DNA of 15,510 nucleotides from a virus (Duplodnaviria; Heunggongvirae; Uroviricota; Caudoviricetes): IMG/VR virus record IMGVR_UViG_2870119041_000006, positions 64,001 to 79,510 of that record; one strand, 5' to 3'. Shown piece by piece: positions 9,395 to 15,510 of this stretch (position 1 is its first letter; each line of letters starts with the position of its first letter). The notes under the pieces were generated by a model. It saw only the letters and a program-made list of their open reading frames with translations, ran no database searches and was not told where the DNA came from. The position numbers and the translations under genes were made by a program.

Positions 9395-9423
9395 ATTATA
9401 ATTTTTATCGTAAAAAAATACAA
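9395..9423 (-). promoter_or_regulatory. Sigma-A-type promoter for the small hydrophobic ORF
   Basis: Minus strand TTGTAT (9423-9418), 17 bp, TATAAT (9400-9395). The predicted start near 9388 gives a 5' UTR of about 95 nt. Confidence 0.55.
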
Positions 9424-9457
9424 CACTAGTAAATTTAATATTAAATTTACTAGTGTT
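9422..9457. repeat. Perfect 36-bp palindrome
   Basis: AACACTAGTAAATTTAAT-ATTAAATTTACTAGTGTT has no mismatches and no spacer, and is followed by TTT on the + strand. Confidence 0.95.
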
Positions 9458-9588
9458 TTTTATAATAAAAATTATAATACCAGTATATTAATTAAAAACA
9501 AGAATTCTAAGACAAAAACAGGGCATAAGTAAAAACTTAGATTAATTTGCAAAATAAATCTAATAAAAGTTAGAGAGGAGAAAATTAA

Positions 9589-9801
9589 ATGATATCAATT
9601 AAAAGAAAAGATGAGATATGGAACGCTATATATGCAGAGCCTTGCTTATTAGATTTTAATACTCTTAATACTGAGGAACTTTCTTTTGCTATTGGAATTA
9701 TTATAAGTGCTGGCTCAAGAAATAGTTTCAAGGAAGACCACTTCAATAAAGAACAACTTAAATTTTTAAAAAAGGTATTCAAAGAGTTATTAAAACTATG
9801 A
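9589..9801 (+). CDS. Hypothetical protein, 70 aa
   Basis: RBS GAGAGGAG at 9573-9580 before the ATG. First gene of the co-oriented array. No motif recognised. Confidence 0.7.
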   Translation: MISIKRKDEIWNAIYAEPCLLDFNTLNTEELSFAIGIIISAGSRNSFKEDHFNKEQLKFLKKVFKELLKL

Positions 9802-9836
9802 AATAAATACAAAGTAAACAAATGGAGTGATTATTA

Positions 9837-10004
9837 ATGATAAAAACAAAATTGTTTACAGGGGTAACAGTGTTAGAAGCAGTGTATGATTATCAAGATT
9901 TCATAAAAAGGAATCAAAATCTTGAAATAATTTCTGTAAACATCTTGAAAGATAATTTTGTATTATTAACTTATAAAATGTTTAAAGAAGATATAAAATG
10001 GTAA
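9837..10004 (+). CDS. Hypothetical protein, 55 aa (weak resemblance to Cse60/DUF2758-like small proteins)
   Basis: Not in the ORF track. RBS GGAGTGA at 9824-9830, ATG 9837, TAA 10002-10004. Sequence MIKTKLFTGVTVLEAVYDYQDFIKRNQNLEIISVNILKDNFVLLTYKMFKEDIKW fills the gap between two genes. Confidence 0.65.
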   Translation: MIKTKLFTGVTVLEAVYDYQDFIKRNQNLEIISVNILKDNFVLLTYKMFKEDIKW

Positions 10005-10020
10005 GTTTGGAGGGGATAAA

Positions 10021-10206
10021 ATGAAAGTAAAATTAATAGGTGAAAATAAAACAGAAGTTCAATTCAGTAATAAAAAAGAAGGTAATTTAATAAATCAATT
10101 AAAGTTTTTTGGAGCAGTACCAACCAAGGAAAGCAGCTTGTATACTTATTTTCAATTTAATGGTGATATACAGGCAACAATGGACAATTTTGGATTTAGG
10201 ATTTAG
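10021..10206 (+). CDS. Hypothetical protein, 61 aa
   Basis: RBS GGAGGG at 10009-10014 before the ATG, in line with neighbouring genes. Confidence 0.75.
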   Translation: MKVKLIGENKTEVQFSNKKEGNLINQLKFFGAVPTKESSLYTYFQFNGDIQATMDNFGFRI

Positions 10207-10260
10207 CTAAGTCACAATTGAAAAATAGGTCTAAGAATGAAATTATTGTAAGGGAGTGAA

Positions 10261-10623
10261 TTGGGGATGAAAAAGTATGAACTTGTAATTGAAAATCCTA
10301 CAGATGCTTTTATTTTAGACAAGGAAAAAAATAAAATAATTGCTCTATGTAATACCAAAAGACCTGACTTAGAGTTTAATGAGCTAAAGAATTTAATAGA
10401 AAAAGTAAACAAAAATACAAAACAATTATTTCAATTAGGTGATATTGCCTATATGATAGACGAAGATTATAGATTCTTTGAAAGTGAAGTGTGTAGCATT
10501 GAATTGAAAAATGGAAAATATTATTACAATACGCATGATTGTGACTTTGAAGATAAAGATATTGGAGATTGGGTATTTGAATCGGAAATGTATAGGGAAT
10601 TACATTTAGAAGCAATGATGTAA
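10261..10623 (+). CDS. Hypothetical acidic protein, about 120 aa (start TTG 10261 or ATG 10267)
   Basis: RBS AGGGAG just upstream; long ORF in the operon orientation. No family recognised. Confidence 0.75.
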   Translation: MGMKKYELVIENPTDAFILDKEKNKIIALCNTKRPDLEFNELKNLIEKVNKNTKQLFQLGDIAYMIDEDYRFFESEVCSIELKNGKYYYNTHDCDFEDKDIGDWVFESEMYRELHLEAMM

Positions 10624-10685
10624 TGCCACAATTCAAGCGTAGGTGTATCTTATAACCTATGAAATTATTGTGCAATAGTTAGGAA

Positions 10686-11153
10686 GTGATAAATTTGCAA
10701 AAACCAATACTTGATGTATGTTGTGGAAGTAAAATGTTTTGGTTTGATAAAGAAAATAAGGATGTTATTTTTATGGATAACAGAGAGTTAGAAGATACAT
10801 TATGTGATGGAAGAAAGCTTATTATTGAGCCAGATATACTAGGAGATTTTAGAAATATACCATATAAAGATAATACCTTTAAATTAGTAGTTTTTGATCC
10901 ACCACATTTAATAAAGGCTGGAGAAAATTCATGGTTGGCCAAGAAATATGGAAAGTTAAATAGTGATTGGCCAATAGATATAAGACAAGGATTTAATGAG
11001 TGCATGAGGGTCTTGGATAAACACGGAATATTGATTTTTAAATGGAATGAAGAACAAATAAAAATAAAAGATATATTAAAAGTTATAGATTATAAACCTT
11101 TATTGGGAAATAAAAGAGCAAAGACACATTGGCTAGTATTCATGAAAAAATGA
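10686..11153 (+). CDS. Small phage-type class I SAM-dependent methyltransferase (probable amino-methyltransferase)
   Basis: SAM-binding motif I (ILDVCCGS) precedes a motif IV-like VVFDPPH. About 155 aa with no separate target-recognition domain. The start may be TTG 10695 (RBS AGGAAG at 10681). Confidence 0.8.
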   Translation: MINLQKPILDVCCGSKMFWFDKENKDVIFMDNRELEDTLCDGRKLIIEPDILGDFRNIPYKDNTFKLVVFDPPHLIKAGENSWLAKKYGKLNSDWPIDIRQGFNECMRVLDKHGILIFKWNEEQIKIKDILKVIDYKPLLGNKRAKTHWLVFMKK

Positions 11154-11183
11154 AATTAAGGTGACAGAAAAGAAGGTGATATA

Positions 11184-11933
11184 TTGCTAGAAGTAAATAA
11201 TATTTATTTAGGAAATTGCCTTGAAATTATGAAAAAAATAGATGATAAATCAATAGATATGGTTTTATCAGATTTACCATTTGGAATGACTAATAATGAA
11301 TGGGACAAAGCAATTCCTTTTGAGCCAATGTGGCAGGAGATAAATAGAATTGCAAAAGATAATGCATCTATAGCATTAATGGCAGCTGGAGTATTTACAT
11401 CAGAGTTAGTAGTTTCAAATAAAAAGTACTACAGGTATTCATGGATATGGAAGCCTAAAGAAAAATCAAATTTCTTAAATGCTAATAGGATGCCTTTAAG
11501 ACAACACATAGATATCCCTATATTTTATAAAAGGTTACCAGTCTATAATCCATAGAAGACTTACGGACATAAGCCAGTAAAGAAATATAAGCAGCACACT
11601 ACCGCAGGTGCCAACTATGGTAAGACTAAAATAGGTATGGAAGGTGGAGGTCAAACAGACCGATATCCAACAACTATAATAGATATTCCATATAACACAA
11701 TCAAGATAAAAGATCAAAAGCCAGTAGAGCTATATGAATATTTAATTAAAACTTATACAAATGAGGGAGGTACCGTACTAGATTTTACTGCAGGAAGTTG
11801 TGTGCTTGCTGAAGCTTGTATAAATACAAATAGAAATTATATTTGTATAGAAAAAGAAAAGAAGCACTGCAATGAAGCTAAGGAAAGAATAAAATTACAT
11901 CTTGAAAAAGGTAAACAGTTGAAAATAATTTAA
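11184..11933 (+). pseudogene. Beta-class N6-adenine/N4-cytosine DNA methyltransferase interrupted by one in-frame TAG
   Basis: Track ORFs 11184-11555 and 11637-11933 are in the same frame and joined by an open linker after TAG 11553-11555 (YNP*KTYGHKPVKKY...). Motifs in order: YLGNCLEIMK, motif IV SDLPF, QKPVELYEYLIKTYT, motif I VLDFTAGS. Confidence 0.85.
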
Positions 11934-11990
11934 TTCCACAATTCAAAGATTAGATCTATGAATGAAATAATTGTGAAGGGGATGTTTAAA

Positions 11991-12611
11991 ATGAATAAAA
12001 CAAAAATAAAAAGCATTATAGTTTCAATAGTTTTAGTAAGTTCGTTATTTATTGTTTCTGGTTGTAATTTATTGGGAAATGAGTATAAACAATTGCAAGA
12101 GCATTTTAAAGGTAGGAATGCAATAATAACAACATACGACAAAGAAAGTAAACCATTAGATAGGATAGAGGGTAAAAGTATAAGTATATCTTTAGATGAT
12201 AAATTTAAAGAGCAGGATGAAAAGGGAGAAACAATAAAAAAATCAAGTGTATTAAATATAACAGTTGGTAATAATCAAATAATTCACGTTGGAAGTAGTT
12301 TAATTCTCCAAGAAGATGGATTACAAGATTTAATGAAAGATACATTAAAAACTACAGAAATTATTAATAAAGACAAGTCACGTCCATTTTTAAGAAATAT
12401 TGTAGACAGTTATAAGAATATTACATCAGGGAAAAAAAGGGTGATTTTAATAAGATCCCAAGATGGAAAACCGTTAGCAACATTTGTTGGAGATAATGTA
12501 AGTTATTTTGCTACAGACATTCCAAAAAGTACGGGAATATTAATTGATGGTAAGTATTTATTAATATATAGATGCGATTATACAATTTATGATATGAATT
12601 TAATTAGGTAG
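11991..12611 (+). CDS. Lipoprotein, DUF5052-like
   Basis: RBS GAAGGGGA at 11975-11982 favours ATG 11991. The N-terminus is basic, then hydrophobic, with lipobox VSG-C25 (Cys codon 12063). HVGSSLI, VILIRSQ and IYRCDYTIYD recall DUF5052 (from memory). Confidence 0.75.
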   Translation: MNKTKIKSIIVSIVLVSSLFIVSGCNLLGNEYKQLQEHFKGRNAIITTYDKESKPLDRIEGKSISISLDDKFKEQDEKGETIKKSSVLNITVGNNQIIHVGSSLILQEDGLQDLMKDTLKTTEIINKDKSRPFLRNIVDSYKNITSGKKRVILIRSQDGKPLATFVGDNVSYFATDIPKSTGILIDGKYLLIYRCDYTIYDMNLIR

Positions 12612-12621
12612 AGGTAGAACT

Positions 12622-12798
12622 ATGGAGACTAAAGACTATGGAGAAATTCCATATATTATTGAAATTGATTGGATTAATGAAACAGTATGGCTTAATAATC
12701 ATGTTGATAAAGAAAAAATAGTTGTAACGGAGAAAGATTCAAAATCTATAGAAAATGCATTTAAACTTATAAAAGCAAAGAGAAATGGGTTACTTTAA
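12622..12798 (+). CDS. Hypothetical protein, 58 aa
   Basis: Not in the ORF track. RBS AGAGGT at 12610-12615, ATG 12622, TAA 12796-12798. Sequence METKDYGEIPYIIEIDWINETVWLNNHVDKEKIVVTEKDSKSIENAFKLIKAKRNGLL. Confidence 0.7.
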   Translation: METKDYGEIPYIIEIDWINETVWLNNHVDKEKIVVTEKDSKSIENAFKLIKAKRNGLL

Positions 12799-12825
12799 TT
12801 TTTAGTTTAAATATGGAGGGATATT

Positions 12826-13116
12826 TTGAGAGATATGCATTTAAAAACAATGAAAGTTATAGAGTTTCCTAAAAATAAAATGGTAAAAGATAAAATGAAA
12901 AAATGCAAATTAGAAACAGCAATTATGATGCTTGAGGTTTTAGTAGATTATGATTTTACTATTATAGTTAATCCTAAAGCTGCAGAAAACATATTTAATT
13001 TACCTAAAAATAAATTAATAGAAAACTTTATAATAACAACTGATATAAATAAAGCTGAAAAATTAGAAATAAAAAAACCTTGTTATTATCAGTTAACAGG
13101 CAATGAGTTAACTTAG
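12826..13116 (+). CDS. Hypothetical protein, 96 aa
   Basis: TTG start after GGAGGG (12815-12820); co-oriented with neighbours. Confidence 0.7.
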   Translation: MRDMHLKTMKVIEFPKNKMVKDKMKKCKLETAIMMLEVLVDYDFTIIVNPKAAENIFNLPKNKLIENFIITTDINKAEKLEIKKPCYYQLTGNELT

Positions 13117-13213
13117 TGCACAATACAAATATATTCTGAAATCATTATGAAAGATAGGAGGATAATCACAAATATTGTGAGCAATTAAATATGGTATAAG
13201 GAAGGTGTATAGA

Positions 13214-13507
13214 ATGATACAAAACGGAAAAGAAATAAATGTTTGTACAACTAGAAAGACAGGCTTATCTGACAGAAAGGGTGTAGAAATCAAAGAAGGT
13301 GATGAAATAAAGTATACACCTGATATTTATAATATATTAGATAACGCAGAAACATACATATATAAAGTGCATTATGGAATAGGTACTTTTGATAGTGGAA
13401 ATTATCAATATGTAGGCTTCTATTTAGAAGATGAAGATGGAAATACGGATGGAAATTCCTCTATACTATTTGAAACAGACTTGATAGAAATTATAAAAAG
13501 AAGCTAA
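13214..13507 (+). CDS. YopX-like phage protein
   Basis: TGLSDRKGVEIKEGDEI matches the YopX signature TGLKDKNGKEIYEGDI, and the C-terminus is IEII. RBS GGAAGGTG at 13200-13207 favours ATG 13214. Confidence 0.7.
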   Translation: MIQNGKEINVCTTRKTGLSDRKGVEIKEGDEIKYTPDIYNILDNAETYIYKVHYGIGTFDSGNYQYVGFYLEDEDGNTDGNSSILFETDLIEIIKRS

Positions 13508-13581
13508 TCGATTTTGTTTGCTTTGTATTTCAAATAGCAGCTGCAGGAGTTGAAGTTATTATAAAGAAAGGTTATTAGACT

Positions 13582-13900
13582 ATGGAGATAAGAAAAGGTC
13601 AAAAAGTTTGGGTATGTATATATCAAGGGAGAACATCGAAAATTGAAGAAACAATAATAGAAGCAGTGGGTAGAAGATATATTACAGTTGAGGCATGCAA
13701 AAAAAAAGAGATTTTTTAAGAATACTTTAAGAGAAGTGAATGGAGCGGGTGAATCTTCTTTTATAATCTTAGATATAGAAAAATATAAAAAAGATAAATA
13801 TTATGATAATCTAGCTGATAAACTTAAGAAATTCACATGGAATGCTATTAAAAGGGAAGATTTAGATAAAATCACTGAAATAATAAGAAATTATATATAA
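13582..13900 (+). pseudogene. Phage-like hypothetical gene frameshifted in an A9 tract
   Basis: ATG 13582 (RBS AGAAAGG) opens MEIRKGQKVWVCIYQGRTSKIEETIIEAVGRRYITVEACKKK, which stops at 13717-13719. Removing one A from 13699-13707 fuses it to track ORF 13688-13900, giving 105 aa. The 13688 ORF has no RBS of its own. Confidence 0.75.
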
Positions 13901-13934
13901 TTTGTAAGTAATAAAATTAAATAATAGAGAACAT

Positions 13935-13985
13935 AAAAGTGATAGTTAGGTATCAAATATCTAATTATCACTTTTTATTTTTTTG
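13935..13985 (+). terminator. Intrinsic terminator ending the short-ORF array
   Basis: AAAAGTGATAGTTAGGTAT (13935-13953) / ATATCTAATTATCACTTTT (13957-13975) form a 19-bp stem with two G-U pairs, followed by a T-rich tail. Confidence 0.85.
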
Positions 13986-14085
13986 AAATAATAACTAATT
14001 GAATGAATTATATGGCTAATTATAGCTAAAAAAATTAAATGGAATAAGAAATATTTAAATAGATAAATATTAGGGGGAAATCAAT

Positions 14086-15510
14086 ATGAATAAAAAACAA
14101 TTTCTTGAAGAATTAATAGAAAAAATAAAGTCTATATCTCTAGAAATTATTATAGGAACTAGAATACAATTAATAAGAAAAGGTATGCATTATATGGGAA
14201 TATGTCCTTTTCATAATGATCATAAAATTGGTAGTTTTATAGTAACTCCATCTAAAGGAATATGGAAATGTTTTACTTGCACTGTAGGTGGAGATGCAAT
14301 TCAATTTATAGCACTATATGATAAAGTAAATTATGTAGAAGCTGCATTTAATATAGGACTAGAATTTAATCTTATTAGCAGTGTAGAATATGAACAATAT
14401 TTTTCTAAAAGAAAGTATAAAGCAAAAGAAATTAAAAATATGCAAAAAAAATATATGGTAAAAACTAATAATGAGAAGAGCATTAAAGCAAATTCATATA
14501 CTTTAAATAAAGTATATGAAATATTTACAAGCTGCTGTGATATATATAGTGCACATTATATTCATTTATTAACAAAAAGACAAATTGCTCCACATCGTAT
14601 TAATAGAGATTATTTTACATTCCCTACAAGAAAGATATGGAATCAATTCGTTGATAAGTTAAATAAATGTGGATATAATGAAAAAATATTAGAAAGTATA
14701 CCAGGATTTTATTTTGATATAAAAAGGAATCAATATACTTTTGCACAATATAAAGGAATAGGTATAAAAATAAGAAATACTAAAGGAGAAATAGTAGGTA
14801 TTCAAATTAGAAAAGATAAAAAAAGGAACAAACAGGATCAAAGATACATTTGGTTTTCTTCTTCCTTTGCAAATTTAGAGGAAAACGAGGATAAATACAA
14901 ATTTGGAACAGGAGCAGGAAGTCCAATAGATGTAGTATATCCTAGTCAAATAATTAATAATCCCACCTTATCAATAACAGAAGGGAGATTTAAAGCTGAA
15001 AAATTAGCAGAAAGAGGAGTAATAGCAATTAGTGTACAAGGAGTAACAACATGGAGAAAAATAATAGAAGTAATAGAAGAAATAAAAAGATTACAGCAAT
15101 ATAAAGAAGCAATAAATAAATTTCATTTATATTGCCAGTATAAAGGAATAAAAAACCAAAAAATACCAATATATATTTGCTTTGATGCTGATATGATTGG
15201 TAATTTGCAAGTATATACACAAGGAAAAAAGATGTCAAATGCCATAGAAAAAAAGTTTCCTGAGTATAAAATAATTTACTTACAATGGAATGAAAAATAT
15301 GGCAAAGGTATTGATGATTTAATTATTAATAATCAAACAGATAAGGCCAGAAGATTCAAAAAAGAAACTTTAGATTATATATATGAATCCTTAATATCGA
15401 ATATACTAAAGGAGTATCATGAATATGAAGGCCCAAATAAAATTCCGAATGAATTAATAAAAAAGGAATTTTACACCATTATAAATAAAAATGAAAAGAT
15501 TAAAGCATAA
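14086..15510 (+). CDS. DNA primase-like protein (CHC2 zinc finger plus Toprim domain), 474 aa
   Basis: RBS GGGGG at 14072-14076. CPFH-x-CFTC zinc ribbon of DnaG type, Toprim motifs ITEGRFKAEKL, FDAD and KGIDD. The stop TAA falls on the last three bases of the window. Confidence 0.85.
   Translation: MNKKQFLEELIEKIKSISLEIIIGTRIQLIRKGMHYMGICPFHNDHKIGSFIVTPSKGIWKCFTCTVGGDAIQFIALYDKVNYVEAAFNIGLEFNLISSVEYEQYFSKRKYKAKEIKNMQKKYMVKTNNEKSIKANSYTLNKVYEIFTSCCDIYSAHYIHLLTKRQIAPHRINRDYFTFPTRKIWNQFVDKLNKCGYNEKILESIPGFYFDIKRNQYTFAQYKGIGIKIRNTKGEIVGIQIRKDKKRNKQDQRYIWFSSSFANLEENEDKYKFGTGAGSPIDVVYPSQIINNPTLSITEGRFKAEKLAERGVIAISVQGVTTWRKIIEVIEEIKRLQQYKEAINKFHLYCQYKGIKNQKIPIYICFDADMIGNLQVYTQGKKMSNAIEKKFPEYKIIYLQWNEKYGKGIDDLIINNQTDKARRFKKETLDYIYESLISNILKEYHEYEGPNKIPNELIKKEFYTIINKNEKIKA

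Noticed and set aside
10623..10655. 10-codon ORF MPQFKRRCIL overlapping the previous stop (TAATG)
   Set aside because: Too short, with no supporting signal. It could be a remnant but this cannot be supported.
11637..11933. 98-aa ORF as an independent gene
   Set aside because: It is the in-frame C-terminal half of the methyltransferase interrupted at 11553.
12619..12644. ACTATGGAGA repeated at 12619 and 12635 (also near 13579)
   Set aside because: Only 10 bp, coincides with start-codon contexts, and has no array structure.
13688..13900. 70-aa ORF as an independent gene
   Set aside because: No RBS precedes it; it is better explained as the 3' part of the frameshifted gene starting at 13582.
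9585..15238. Minus-strand ORFs 9585-9821, 10212-10412, 10376-10675, 10679-11005, 11535-11717, 11930-12142, 13108-13293 and 15029-15238
   Set aside because: All overlap better-supported + strand genes and have no motifs or RBS.
1..15510. CRISPR arrays, tRNA or rRNA genes
   Set aside because: No regularly spaced direct repeats and no structural RNA signatures were seen on reading.

Overview
Very AT-rich Clostridium botulinum (probably Group I) DNA in three parts. (1) 1-8014 is the 3' half of an HA-type botulinum neurotoxin cluster: the 3' end of botR, the BotR-dependent promoter, ntnh (1197 aa from the ATG at 410), an intact bont/B gene (1291 aa, most like the bivalent B5 subtype from memory) and a terminator. 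(2) 8015-9580 is a junction with no ORF in the supplied track. It holds a decayed IS256-family transposase and a complete-looking type I toxin-antitoxin-like module: a 53-aa GTG-started hydrophobic/basic peptide on the minus strand (9132-9293), a hairpin that hides its SD, a convergent ~90-nt sRNA with its own promoter and terminator, a 19-bp long-range 5'/3' complementarity, and a perfect 36-bp palindrome upstream. (3) 9589-15510 is a co-oriented array of short phage-like or large-plasmid genes: two orphan methyltransferases (one broken by a single TAG), a DUF5052-like lipoprotein, a YopX-like gene, a gene frameshifted in an A9 tract, a terminator and a CHC2-zinc-finger/Toprim primase-like gene. 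The context suggests a large bont-bearing plasmid, but that is inference. The candidate type I TA module about 1.1 kb downstream of bont/B is the best lead for something undescribed. No database searches were run; family assignments come from recalled motifs.
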